Source of the DNA: Verrucomicrobiota bacterium
GTDB lineage: Bacteria; Verrucomicrobiota; Verrucomicrobiia; Limisphaerales; SXQI01
DNA: 30,996 nucleotides
Reading direction: 5' to 3'
Assembly (NCBI GenBank): GCA_033762115.1
Contig: JANRLX010000010.1
Location: 1-30,996, forward strand
Positions 1 to 9,523 of this stretch are shown piece by piece. Within the stretch, counting starts at the first letter, position 1, and the number at the start of each line of letters is the position of its first letter. The notes under the pieces are model-generated. The model was not told the DNA's origin and made no database searches. It saw only the letters and a list, made by a program, of their open reading frames with translations. Position numbers and translations under genes: made by a program.

Positions 1-848
1 GCCATTGCCAGCCCCGCCCCATTCACCAGGCACGCAATGCTTCCATCCAGCTTGATATAATTGAGGCTGAATTTGCTTGCCTCGATTTCAAGCGGCGCTT
101 CCTCTCCAAGATCGCGCATGGCCAGAATCTGGCTGTGGCGGTAAAGCGCATTATCATCCAGGCTCATCTTGGCATCCACTGCGGATAAAACTTCTTTTCC
201 CTCTTTTTCCACAATGGCCAAAGGGTTGATCTCCACCATCGCCGCATCTGATTCCCACCAGGTCTTATAGAGCGCGAGAAACAATTTGGTCGCCTGGTTG
301 ATCAGATCCCCGCGTAAACCGAGCATCGTTGCAACTTTTCTCGCCTGGTAGGGAAACATTCCCACGGCAGGATCAATTGACTCCTTGATGATTTTTTCGG
401 GCGATTTTTCAGCAACCTCCTCAATATCCACTCCACCTTCAGCGCTGGCCATCAACAACGGTCTGGAAGTCCCCCGGTCAAGCAACACTGCGGCGTAAAA
501 TTCCTTTTTGATCGGTGGAGCCTCGGCCACGAGCAGCTTGTTCACCTGTCGTCCATCCGGTCCCGTTTGCTTCGTCACTAGGACCTGGCCAAGCATCGCC
601 TTCGCTTTTTCAGCAGCATCATCCGCTGTTTTGCAAAGCTTGACCCCACCTTGAAAACCACTCTTGAAAGTTCCTTTTCCACGGCCACCTGCATGGATTT
701 GTGATTTGACGACGACCATACCGGTCTTGGAAAGCAAACGTGCCGCTTCCGCGCGCGCCTCTTCAGGCGTCGTTACAACTTTTCCTTCGGGCACTGACAC
801 CCCGTACTGTGCGAGTAATTCCTTGGCCTGGTATTCGTGTATATTCAT
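1..848 (-). CDS. sucC: Succinyl-CoA synthetase (ADP-forming) beta subunit, 3' end outside window
   Basis: Not in ORF track because it runs off the edge. Manual translation from ATG at 848 gives MNIHEYQAKELLAQYGV...VVKSQIHAGGRGKG...GGVK...EGGVDIEEVA...EINPL...DAKMSLDDNALYRH...NYIKLDGSIACLVNGAGLAM, all canonical SucC motifs. Confidence 0.97.
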   Translation of the reverse strand, partial: MNIHEYQAKELLAQYGVSVPEGKVVTTPEEARAEAARLLSKTGMVVVKSQIHAGGRGKGTFKSGFQGGVKLCKTADDAAEKAKAMLGQVLVTKQTGPDGRQVNKLLVAEAPPIKKEFYAAVLLDRGTSRPLLMASAEGGVDIEEVAEKSPEKIIKESIDPAVGMFPYQARKVATMLGLRGDLINQATKLFLALYKTWWESDAAMVEINPLAIVEKEGKEVLSAVDAKMSLDDNALYRHSQILAMRDLGEEAPLEIEASKFSLNYIKLDGSIACLVNGAGLAM

Positions 849-891
849 CTCGAAAACTGACGCAGCTTCGCCGCTTCTCCTTGCTTCAGGT

Positions 892-2025
892 TTACCGTTG
901 TTCCAGTGGTGTGACTTTCAAGCCTGTTGGCCCGGTGTAAAGACTTTGCGGACGGATCAATCGATTGTCATTCAATTGCTCGCGAATGTGTGCTGTCCAT
1001 CCGGCTGTCCGGGCGATTGCAAATATCGGCGTGAACAAGTCCGTGGGAATTCCCAACGAGTAATAAACAGTCGCAGAATAAAAATCGACGTTTGCGTTCA
1101 AATGCTTCTCTCTCAGCATGATTTCCGCAATCCGTTCACTCATCTGAATCCATTTCGGCTCTCCAAGCTTGGCGCTCAATACCTGCGCCATGCGCTTTAA
1201 ATGAGGCGCACGAGGATCAAGTGTCTTGTAAACGCGATGACCGATACCCATGATTTTTTTCTTCTGGGCCAGGGCGTCGGCAATGTAAGCATCCACCTTT
1301 TCCACCGAGCCAATCTCCTGGAGGATCTTGATTACACCTTCATTCGCGCCACCATGCAGGGGACCTTTTAAAGTCCCGATCGCAGTCGTTACTGCAGAAT
1401 ACAAATCACTTAAGGTTGCAATGGTGACTCGCGCACTGAAAGTGGAAGCATTCATTCCATGGTCTGCATGCAGCACATAGCAGAGGTCCATGGTGCTTTC
1501 CTTTTCCTTGGAAGGCTTCTCACCGTCAATGAGGTAAAGAAAATTGGCCGCTTCACCCAGGGAAGGATCCGGCTCCAACAGCGACTTGCCCTGCCGGGAC
1601 CGATGAAAATAAGCTGTGATAATGGGAATCTGCGCGATCAGGCGCATCGCTTTTTCGCGCGAAGCTTCCGGCGAATCATCGTCTGCCGTTGCATCAAAAC
1701 AGCCCAGGGCAGAAATACCTGTGCGAATGGCATGCATTGGCTGGGTTTCCCTGGGCAAACTACGGATGAGTTCAACAACTCCCTTTGGCAACGCTCTTCG
1801 TGAAGCCAGTTCCTTTTTTAACCCGATTAATTCACTTTGATTCGGTAACCGGCCTTCATGCAAAAGGTAAACCACCTCTTCATAGCTCACCTTGCCCGCC
1901 AATTCATCGATGTTATAACCGGCGTAGACCAGTTCACCGATTTCCCCTTTGACATCACTTAGCCGCGTCTCAGCGGCTACAATCCCTTCCAACCCTTTTG
2001 TCGATTTGGCAGCGGCGGTCGTCAT
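892..2025 (-). CDS. gltA: Citrate synthase (small type, citrate/2-methylcitrate synthase family)
   Basis: Motifs GLEG, LHADHGMNASTF, GPLHGGANE, MGIGHRVYK.DPRA, NVDFYS, RLIRP; directly upstream of sucC on the same strand. Confidence 0.95.
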   Translation of the reverse strand: MTTAAAKSTKGLEGIVAAETRLSDVKGEIGELVYAGYNIDELAGKVSYEEVVYLLHEGRLPNQSELIGLKKELASRRALPKGVVELIRSLPRETQPMHAIRTGISALGCFDATADDDSPEASREKAMRLIAQIPIITAYFHRSRQGKSLLEPDPSLGEAANFLYLIDGEKPSKEKESTMDLCYVLHADHGMNASTFSARVTIATLSDLYSAVTTAIGTLKGPLHGGANEGVIKILQEIGSVEKVDAYIADALAQKKKIMGIGHRVYKTLDPRAPHLKRMAQVLSAKLGEPKWIQMSERIAEIMLREKHLNANVDFYSATVYYSLGIPTDLFTPIFAIARTAGWTAHIREQLNDNRLIRPQSLYTGPTGLKVTPLEQR

Positions 2026-2093
2026 TTACGAAAAGCGTTTCAACCCAACTTATCACTCAGAGCAACTTCAAAGTTGCGCCAACAAGGCCAGTA

Positions 2094-2122
2094 ACCGTAA
2101 GGACTCGCATTTTCACCGTCAA
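2094..2122 (-). promoter_or_regulatory. Candidate sigma70 promoter for gltA-sucC
   Basis: Minus strand reads TTGACG-17 nt-TACGGT, about 70 nt upstream of the gltA ATG. Confidence 0.45.
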
Positions 2123-2190
2123 CGCGTTTCGCAGTTTTTCTTGGAAAAATCAAATCACCGCCTTCTAAAGAAAGATGGTCAACAACCGCC

Positions 2191-2199
2191 TGCTATGAT
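2191..2199 (+). promoter_or_regulatory. Candidate extended -10 element for the photolyase gene
   Basis: TGcTATGAT ending 12 nt before the GTG at 2212. Confidence 0.4.
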
Positions 2200-2211
2200 C
2201 AATTTTGCGGG

Positions 2212-3612
2212 GTGCAACGGGTGATCCATTGGTTTCGGCGTGACCTGCGGGTAACCGACAACACTGCCTTATTCCACGCCAGGAAAAAGGCCCGTGAACT
2301 CATCCCTGTTTTTATCCTCGAAAATGCCCTCCGCAGCGGGCCCGACGTGGGTGCGGGAAGATTGGCATTCCTTCTGCAATCATTGGAAGAACTTTCCTTA
2401 AACCTGAAGAAACTCGGCTATTCCCTTGTGTTGCGCGAGGGAAAATCGGAAGTGGAAATTCCCCGGCTGGCAAAGGAAATCGGGGCCGAGGCAGTTTTCA
2501 GCAATAAACGTTATGAACCTTATGCCCAACAGCGTGATGACCGGGTTTTCAACGCACTAAATCGTCTTGGAATCGGTTTTGAACAATTCAAGGATGCTGT
2601 GATCTGGGAGGAAAAGGATATCCTCAATCAATCCGGTCAACCTTACACCGTCTTCACTCCTTATTCCAAAGCCTGGCGGGCAAAGACGTTTCCTCTCCCA
2701 TTTCCAGCCTTGCCAAAAGCAACCGAAACTGTGGAACAGCTTACTTCTGCTCCTTTAGTTACGGATCCTTCCCGATTTGGTCACCCACTCAATCAGCAGC
2801 CACCGCAGGGAGGAGAAGGCGTTGCCCTCGATTTATTGAATCAATTCATTCACAAAAACCTTCTTTACTATAAGCAGAAGCGCGATTTTCCCGCTCTTGA
2901 TGGAAGTTCCCGGTTATCTCCTCATTTTCGGGCAGGTACGATTGGCATCAGAACAGTGCTTCACGCTGTGATAAAGGCACGTCGCAATGCAGACCCGGCG
3001 GGACAGGAAAGCTGTGATACTTTTGTCAGTGAGTTGATCTGGAGGGAATTCTATCAACAGATCCTTCACAATTTCCCTCATGTAATGCATGGCTCGTTCC
3101 GGGCCGCCTATGACACGATCTCATGGGAAGGCGACCCGGAACATTTCACCGCCTGGCAACTGGGCCAAACTGGATATCCCATCGTGGATGCGGCTATGCG
3201 CTGCATGAACGCCACAGGCTGGATGCACAATCGCCTTCGCATGATCACTGCCATGTTCCTTGTGAAGGATTTGTTGATCGATTGGCGTGCCGGAGAGCGC
3301 TATTTCATGAAACAGCTGGTTGATGGTGACCTCGCCGCCAACAACGGAGGCTGGCAATGGTGTGCAGGGACAGGCACCGATGCTGCTCCATACTTCCGAA
3401 TTTTTAACCCGACAACACAGGGAAAAAAATGTGATCCGGAAGGGACATTTATACGCCACTGGTTGCCTGAACTTCGCGATCTGCCCGGCAATCAAATTCA
3501 TGAGCCTTGGGAGGCCCCCATGCTGACCCATGGGTATCCTCAACGCATTGTTCTCCACGAATTGCAGCGGCCAAAAACATTGGCTGCATATGGCAAAGTC
3601 GCCAAACGTTGA
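2212..3612 (+). CDS. phrB: Deoxyribodipyrimidine (CPD) photolyase, class I-like
   Basis: WFRRDLRVTDN, YTVFTPY, SRLSPHF, SELIWREFY, GQTGYPIVDAAMR, GWMHNRLRM, DGDLAANNGGWQW, PYFRIFNP. Confidence 0.96.
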   Translation: MQRVIHWFRRDLRVTDNTALFHARKKARELIPVFILENALRSGPDVGAGRLAFLLQSLEELSLNLKKLGYSLVLREGKSEVEIPRLAKEIGAEAVFSNKRYEPYAQQRDDRVFNALNRLGIGFEQFKDAVIWEEKDILNQSGQPYTVFTPYSKAWRAKTFPLPFPALPKATETVEQLTSAPLVTDPSRFGHPLNQQPPQGGEGVALDLLNQFIHKNLLYYKQKRDFPALDGSSRLSPHFRAGTIGIRTVLHAVIKARRNADPAGQESCDTFVSELIWREFYQQILHNFPHVMHGSFRAAYDTISWEGDPEHFTAWQLGQTGYPIVDAAMRCMNATGWMHNRLRMITAMFLVKDLLIDWRAGERYFMKQLVDGDLAANNGGWQWCAGTGTDAAPYFRIFNPTTQGKKCDPEGTFIRHWLPELRDLPGNQIHEPWEAPMLTHGYPQRIVLHELQRPKTLAAYGKVAKR

Positions 3613-3618
3613 TTGTCT

Positions 3619-6600
3619 TTATTCTCCAGTAGAAACTCCCGGTCCGAACGACCGGTAGAACCGATAGGGAAACTGCACTGCGTTTGTATCAACGAAGAAA
3701 AATTCTCCTGCTTCATCAGCGTCAGTCGATCCCACTTCCACCCAATGGTTCAGATTGGTGGAAGCTGAGATCTGATAAGTCCCAAAGTTGGTGCCAAGTC
3801 CCCGCAACCTGAACGATCCATCCTCCAGTATAGCCAACGCAGTTAAACGCACTCCCCCATCGTCGCGCACAAGGGCCACGTCATTGCCTGTTCCAGACGC
3901 ATAGCGAAGTCGGAATAATTGGGTTCCAACATCGAACAACACCCCTTCGGGATAACTATTGAAACTCACGTTGGCAGCATCGTTCAGATCATTTTCCAGG
4001 ATGACCAACTGAGTTCCAACCGCCACCTCCCCGAGGGAATTGATTTGCAGGGTGGCATTGGTCACATTCATCCCCCCCGTGACCGCCAGTTGGTCATAAC
4101 CACTCCCGGCCACACCACCCGTTCCATCAATCTCAATTGTCACGCCGGAATCAACTGCCAGGCCCGAGACGAACGTGATCTTTCCCGGGCCGTTAACACC
4201 AGGTGAGATGATTCCCCCTGTGAACAGGCTCGAACCAAAACTCCCACTCCCTTCCAGCCTGCCGGAAACAAAATTCAGTTTGCCTTGCGACTCAATTTTT
4301 CCCCCGGCCAAACGCAAAATTCCGTCGGAATGGATAAAGTTGTTTGGCAGGCGAATGGTCCCTGTTTCCCCCACAATCACTCCCTGGTTCTGAATCCTTA
4401 TATTCGAGAAAGTTGAAACTCCAGCGCCCCCTTTTTTAATGATCGTGCCATGATTCTCAATGGACGGATTTGGCCCCCCGATGCCGATGGAAATTGAATT
4501 ATCGGAGGAAAGTTCCCACACGCCAAAATTGGTAACCAGCGTGGCAGGAGTAGACCCAACCAACAAATTTCCTCCCCGCCACCGGATGATTCCATGATTA
4601 ATCAAGGTTGAGCGGTAAAAGGTTTTATTATTGGAACTATCCAAATGCAGCGCACCGTTCGTCTCGATGGTCAGTTGTCCATCAACTCCTCCATCATTGA
4701 TGGTTAAAGTTCCGGCCCCAACCACGTTCACGCCAGCCAGAGCGGACCCGTTCAAAGTCAGGTTGGTGATTTTGCCTCCTGCCTGGAAATTACTGCTGAC
4801 TAAAATGCTCCCTCCATCCAGCGAAAGTCCCGGCAATATATCCTGCACAAATTGAAGTGTACCACCAGTGAATCGACGAGCTCCTTCGCCGCTGAAAACT
4901 CCACCCGCCTCAATAAAAGTCCCGCTGGAAAGCTGAAAAGTCGCTCCCTGCGTCACGGAAATGCTTCCGCCAAGCGCTGAATTTTCGGACCCCAAAAATT
5001 GAAAGGTGCCGCTCAGGATTTCGATATTCCCCTCATTGATAAACTGGATATTTGAAAACTGCGTTATTCCCGCTCCCCCGATCTTTCGCACGGTTCCCAG
5101 GTTAATTACCTTCGGGGTGGGTCCGCCGATTCCAATCGAATAACTACTATCCGCAGAAATTTCCCACAGCCCAATGTTGGTGACCACCGTGGCTGGAGTT
5201 GATCCCACGGCCAATTGTCCTCCAACCCATCGGATGGTGCCCTGGTTAATCAATGTGGAGCGGTAGAGAGTTTTCTGGGCCGTCCCGGAAAAGCGAATTT
5301 CCCCCCCTGGCAGGACCGTTGTCTGCCCTTCAAGTCCTCCTGAAAAAATATTCAAGATTCCCGCCCCGACCAGGTTTGTTCCAATCAGCGTGGCCCCCTT
5401 CAACGTCAAATTTGTAATCATCCCTGCTGCCTGAAACGTGCCAATGACTTGAACATCTCCACCCTGCAATGAAAGTCCTTCCAGCAGGTTTGTCCGCAAC
5501 GTCAGCAGACCTCCTGTCATTCGTAACGTTCCATCACCGCTAAAGCTCCCACCCGCTTCAAGGTAGGTCCCGCTGGACATTTGGAATGTGCTGTTCTCCA
5601 AAGCGCTGAATGTCCCTCCCATGATTGAATTTTCATTTCCGCTCAAATGGAACGATCCTGTCTCAATCTCCACCGCCCCCGTATTTGCAAACATGATATT
5701 GGAAAAAGTGGATTGCCCGGTGCCGCCACTTTTGCGCAACACACCTGAATTGACAAATTTCGGAGTGGGTCCCCCAATTCCAATGGAGAAAGAATTGTTG
5801 CCCAGAATTTCCCATAACCCGCTATTCGTCACGATTGTCGTGGGGGTTGATCCGACAGACACGGTCCCTCCAAGCCATCGAACAGTTCCCTCATTCACCA
5901 CGGTGGCGCGATACAAGGTTTTCTGGCCGCTGCCTGAAAACTGAAGCAGCGACCCTTCGCGAATCGTAAGCATCCCTTCAATCCCGCCGGATAAAAACAC
6001 CAGCGAGCCGCCATCAACCACATTTGTCCCAACAAGGGTCGTGCCGTTGATAGTCAGGTTCGTGATCGCTCCCCCATTTTGGAATTCGGCCCCAAGCTTC
6101 ACATCCCCACCAGTCAATGACAACCCAGGCAAAAAATTCTGTTCCAGAAGCAACGTGCCTCCAGTGAATACTCTCGTTCCTGCTCCGCTAAAAGAACCTC
6201 CTCGTCCAATATAAGTTCCACTCCGGGCGTCAAAACTCGCTCCTTCCGATACATCAACGGTTCCAGCAAAAATGGAATCCTCCTGTCCGTGCAACTGAAA
6301 CGTGCCAATCTCAATTTCCACCGTTCCGTTGTTTTCAAAGTGAATATTGCTGAAACTGGAAATTCCAGTGCCACCGGATTTCCGAAGGATTCCTTCATTC
6401 ACAAAAATCGGGTTTGGCCCGCCAATTCCGACTGAAATTGAGCTGTTTCCAGTAATCTCCCAAATCCCTTTATTCGTAATGATCGTTGCAGGGGTTGCTC
6501 CCACTAAAATGCCACCCCCCTGCCATTCCACCGTTCCCTCGTTGATCAAGGTTGTTCGGTAAAGTGTTTTGCTCGCATTACCAGCAAATCGCAATGTCCC

Positions 6601-7593
6601 CTCATTGGTAACATCTCCTTCAATCCCACCCTCATTGATGACCAGTAATCCACTCACCCTGTTGCTTCCAATTAATGTGGCGCCATTCAGGACTAGATTC
6701 GTGATCTCACCCGCAGCCTGGAAAGTGCTGGCAATTGAAATTGTTCCACTTTCCAGTGAAAGTCCTGAAAGAAGGTTCGTTCGAAGAAGCAGATTTCCCC
6801 CGGAAAATCGTCGCACACCCTGCCCGGTAAATACCCCTCCGGCTTCCCGGAAAGTGCCACTTTTCAAATCAATTGCCGCCCCCAGCGCCACGTTAACCGT
6901 ACCGCCGAGAATTGAATCGTCGCTGCCATTGAGCGCCAGCGACCCTGTTTCCACCTCCACGGTCCCAAGCTGTTGCAATTGAAAATTGGAGAAGGTTGTG
7001 GTTCCGGAACCCGCGATTTTCCTGATCGTTCCCAAGTTCACTACACGAGGCGTAGGCCCGCCGATTCCGATGGACATCCCCGCATCGGCGCTGATTTCAA
7101 ACAATCCAAGGTTCGTAATCAGCGTCGTCGGAGTCGCCCCCAACGTAACCGGTCCGCCAAGCCATCGGATGGTTCCTTCATTGAGGAGAGTGGTCCTGTA
7201 AAGCGACTTCTGGGTCGTCGTGGAAAAATGAATCTCACCACCATTGTTTACTCTCACCAGTCCGGACAATCCTCCTGATTGCACATTCAGGATTCCATTC
7301 GCGCTCACTGTGATCTCCCCTGCAGAAGTCAGCGTGCCAGCCAGCTGCAACGTTTGCGAACCTGCGCCGCCCCCGAGGGTCAAGGAATAAATCGTCACGT
7401 TACTGTTCAGTTGCACCGTGAAATCTGTTCCAGAAGTAATAATCGCGGTATCACTCGCTCCCGGAACCTGGTTCGGCTGCCAGTTTGCAGCGCTCGACCA
7501 ATCTCCTCCTGCTGTGTTCGTCCATGTCACTACCGCTGCATGAAGCGACTGGCCAAGCATGCAAAGACAAAAAGCGAAAATTCTTAATTTCAT
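3619..7593 (-). CDS. Large secreted Gly/Thr-rich beta-solenoid-like repeat protein (putative adhesin or surface protein)
   Basis: Signal peptide (MKLRIFAFCLCMLGQSLHA), N-terminal W..GGDWS.A.NW.P..VP motif, five long internal repeats, passenger-like 'ISPG..PG.I...YDQLAVTG' segment and C-terminal 'YQISASTNLNHW...FVDTNA...RFYR' tail. AAGGAG Shine-Dalgarno at 7601-7606. Confidence 0.85.
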   Translation of the reverse strand: MKLRIFAFCLCMLGQSLHAAVVTWTNTAGGDWSSAANWQPNQVPGASDTAIITSGTDFTVQLNSNVTIYSLTLGGGAGSQTLQLAGTLTSAGEITVSANGILNVQSGGLSGLVRVNNGGEIHFSTTTQKSLYRTTLLNEGTIRWLGGPVTLGATPTTLITNLGLFEISADAGMSIGIGGPTPRVVNLGTIRKIAGSGTTTFSNFQLQQLGTVEVETGSLALNGSDDSILGGTVNVALGAAIDLKSGTFREAGGVFTGQGVRRFSGGNLLLRTNLLSGLSLESGTISIASTFQAAGEITNLVLNGATLIGSNRVSGLLVINEGGIEGDVTNEGTLRFAGNASKTLYRTTLINEGTVEWQGGGILVGATPATIITNKGIWEITGNSSISVGIGGPNPIFVNEGILRKSGGTGISSFSNIHFENNGTVEIEIGTFQLHGQEDSIFAGTVDVSEGASFDARSGTYIGRGGSFSGAGTRVFTGGTLLLEQNFLPGLSLTGGDVKLGAEFQNGGAITNLTINGTTLVGTNVVDGGSLVFLSGGIEGMLTIREGSLLQFSGSGQKTLYRATVVNEGTVRWLGGTVSVGSTPTTIVTNSGLWEILGNNSFSIGIGGPTPKFVNSGVLRKSGGTGQSTFSNIMFANTGAVEIETGSFHLSGNENSIMGGTFSALENSTFQMSSGTYLEAGGSFSGDGTLRMTGGLLTLRTNLLEGLSLQGGDVQVIGTFQAAGMITNLTLKGATLIGTNLVGAGILNIFSGGLEGQTTVLPGGEIRFSGTAQKTLYRSTLINQGTIRWVGGQLAVGSTPATVVTNIGLWEISADSSYSIGIGGPTPKVINLGTVRKIGGAGITQFSNIQFINEGNIEILSGTFQFLGSENSALGGSISVTQGATFQLSSGTFIEAGGVFSGEGARRFTGGTLQFVQDILPGLSLDGGSILVSSNFQAGGKITNLTLNGSALAGVNVVGAGTLTINDGGVDGQLTIETNGALHLDSSNNKTFYRSTLINHGIIRWRGGNLLVGSTPATLVTNFGVWELSSDNSISIGIGGPNPSIENHGTIIKKGGAGVSTFSNIRIQNQGVIVGETGTIRLPNNFIHSDGILRLAGGKIESQGKLNFVSGRLEGSGSFGSSLFTGGIISPGVNGPGKITFVSGLAVDSGVTIEIDGTGGVAGSGYDQLAVTGGMNVTNATLQINSLGEVAVGTQLVILENDLNDAANVSFNSYPEGVLFDVGTQLFRLRYASGTGNDVALVRDDGGVRLTALAILEDGSFRLRGLGTNFGTYQISASTNLNHWVEVGSTDADEAGEFFFVDTNAVQFPYRFYRSFGPGVSTGE
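4340..7290 (-). repeat. Five diverged tandem protein repeats of about 216 aa (648 bp), the last one partial
   Basis: Anchor motif K(T/S)(L/F)YR.T..N.G...W starts at 7209, 6570, 5922, 5274 and 4626, giving spacings of 639, 648, 648 and 648 nt. Each unit also has GIGGP(T/N)P and FSN. Outer boundaries are approximate. Confidence 0.92.
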
Positions 7594-7715
7594 CAGACCA
7601 CTCCTTAATATTAAAGACTTGCCTTAAGGCTCCCGGATTTTTGAGGATTGCTTTGAAAGAGTCAATCAGGGCATCACGACTTGAGGATTCATCTTTGATC
7701 AAGTAAAAGAAAGTT

Positions 7716-7943
7716 ATGCCAATCTACGAATTTCATTGCAATGCATGCAGCGAGGATAACGAAATCCTGGTTCGCTCCTCTAACTGGGAGGGAACCGCCT
7801 GCCCGGACTGCGGCTCAAAAAATCTGACCAAAAAATTCTCTGTTTTTACCTCCAGCACAGCTGGCGGGACCGCTCCCGCTGAATGCACAGGTACACCACG
7901 CTCCTGCGGAATGTGCGGCACTGGCAGACCACACTCTCACTGA
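7716..7943 (+). CDS. FmdB-family zinc ribbon protein
   Basis: MPIYEFHCNAC...CPDCGS..L.K.FS signature with a Cys/His-rich tail. Confidence 0.9.
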   Translation: MPIYEFHCNACSEDNEILVRSSNWEGTACPDCGSKNLTKKFSVFTSSTAGGTAPAECTGTPRSCGMCGTGRPHSH

Positions 7944-8016
7944 GATTGATGGGTTTATCCGCGCTGAAGCTTGACTGTGAGGGAGCTATGAAGATTCAAT
8001 CAGGAAACTCCTGATC

Positions 8017-9513
8017 ATGAACCTGGCCATCGTATTTGCAACAGCGGTTGAGAAACATGGCCCCAAACCGCTGATTTTTTGGGGCGAAGAACAGTTTAAT
8101 TACCATCAGGTCGGTTCCAGGGCAGAATGGGTTTCCTCTGAACTGAAGAAGATCGGTGTTCGTCCTGGTGACCGCGTCGGTATCTGGCTCAAAAATTGTC
8201 CTGAGTACGTTTCGGTCCTCTTTGGCGTTTTTCTCTCTGGTGCGGTTGCTGTTCCCATCAATAATTTTCTCAAATCGGACGAAGTGGCGTTCATCCTGGG
8301 GGATTCGGAGACCTCTGTTCTTGTCACCGAACCATCGACCGCGGAACAGTTCGATAAATTATGTCACGAAAGGCCAGGACTTAAAGCGATCCAAATATCA
8401 AACATTCCCGCGATGATTGATCCTTCCCTGGTCCCTCAACCGGAACGGTCACCCGGCGAAAACGATCTGGCAGTTATCATTTACACCTCAGGCACCACCG
8501 GCCGCCCAAAAGGCGCCATGCTCTCACATGGCAACCTCCTGCATAACGTGGAAAGCTGCCGGATCATGCTCAGCGCCATCAGCCATGATCGCTTCGTTGT
8601 CTTGCTCCCAATGTTTCACAGTTTCATGCTCACGGTGGGCATGCTCCTCCCAACTCTGGTGGGCGGTTCCCTCATCATTATCAAGTCACTGAATCCGCCA
8701 AAAAATATTATCCACGAAATTATCCAGCATCGCGGGACAATCCTTCCTTCAATCCCGCAATTCTTCAGGACGTTTGCCAATGCCACATTGCCGCCCAATC
8801 TGCCTTTGCGGCTATGCATCAGCGGGGCTGCCCCCTTACCGAGGGAAATTCTCGCTGAATTCAACCGCAAACTTCCAGACCTTCCCTTGATCGAAGGCTA
8901 CGGCCTGAGTGAAGCCAGCCCTGTTGTTTCTCTGAACCCTGTCCAGGGACCCTGGAAAGCCGGATCGATCGGAGTCCCCATCGCGAATGTTGAAGTCTCT
9001 GTCCAGGATGACGCAGGAAAAATGCTTTCCACTGGGGAAATTGGCGAAATCTGCGTCCGTGGTGGCAATGTCATGCTTGGTTACTGGAAGCAGCCGGAAG
9101 CCACTGCCCAGACTCTTCGGCGAGGGTGGCTTCTGACCGGCGATATTGGCTACCGAGATGCCGACGGATATTATTACATAACTGATCGAAAAAAAGACAT
9201 GCTCCTGGTCAATGGCATCAACGTCTATCCCAGGGAGGTGGAGGAAGTGATCTATCAATTCCCGGGGGTCAGGGAAGCAGCGGTCATTGGCTGCCCGGAT
9301 ACACGAAAAGGAGAGCACCCTGTTGCTTATGTTGTTCCCAATGAAGGGATCCAACTCGAGACTAAAGCGCTTCTGGCCTTTATTCGTGACCGCCTGGCTG
9401 ACTATAAAGCGCCCCGTCAAATTCATTTGCTTCAATCCCTGCCACGCAACGCCACCGGCAAGGTGCTTAAAACAAAACTCCGAGAGATGGCCTCCTGCCC
9501 CCCTCCGGAGTAA
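8017..9513 (+). CDS. Long-chain fatty acid--CoA ligase / AMP-binding enzyme
   Basis: IIYTSGTTGRPKG, EGYGLSE, GWLLTGDIG, DRKKDM, LPRNATGKVLK adenylate-forming motifs. Substrate cannot be determined from sequence. Confidence 0.93.
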   Translation: MNLAIVFATAVEKHGPKPLIFWGEEQFNYHQVGSRAEWVSSELKKIGVRPGDRVGIWLKNCPEYVSVLFGVFLSGAVAVPINNFLKSDEVAFILGDSETSVLVTEPSTAEQFDKLCHERPGLKAIQISNIPAMIDPSLVPQPERSPGENDLAVIIYTSGTTGRPKGAMLSHGNLLHNVESCRIMLSAISHDRFVVLLPMFHSFMLTVGMLLPTLVGGSLIIIKSLNPPKNIIHEIIQHRGTILPSIPQFFRTFANATLPPNLPLRLCISGAAPLPREILAEFNRKLPDLPLIEGYGLSEASPVVSLNPVQGPWKAGSIGVPIANVEVSVQDDAGKMLSTGEIGEICVRGGNVMLGYWKQPEATAQTLRRGWLLTGDIGYRDADGYYYITDRKKDMLLVNGINVYPREVEEVIYQFPGVREAAVIGCPDTRKGEHPVAYVVPNEGIQLETKALLAFIRDRLADYKAPRQIHLLQSLPRNATGKVLKTKLREMASCPPPE

Positions 9514-9523
9514 GTTCATTTCA

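Noticed and set aside
664..1200. 178-aa plus-strand ORF and similar ORFs opposite sucC/gltA
   Set aside because: Antisense shadows of well-conserved enzymes, with no motifs.
4340..7290. Repeats in the large gene as a CRISPR array or DGR template/variable pair
   Set aside because: Units are in-frame 639-648 nt protein repeats diverged at all base types; no short identical repeats with spacers and no reverse transcriptase or cas gene in the window.
9287..9523. 79-aa N-terminal extension of the beta-propeller ORF in the track
   Set aside because: Overlaps the 3' end of the acyl-CoA ligase; ATG 9524 gives a clean signal peptide.
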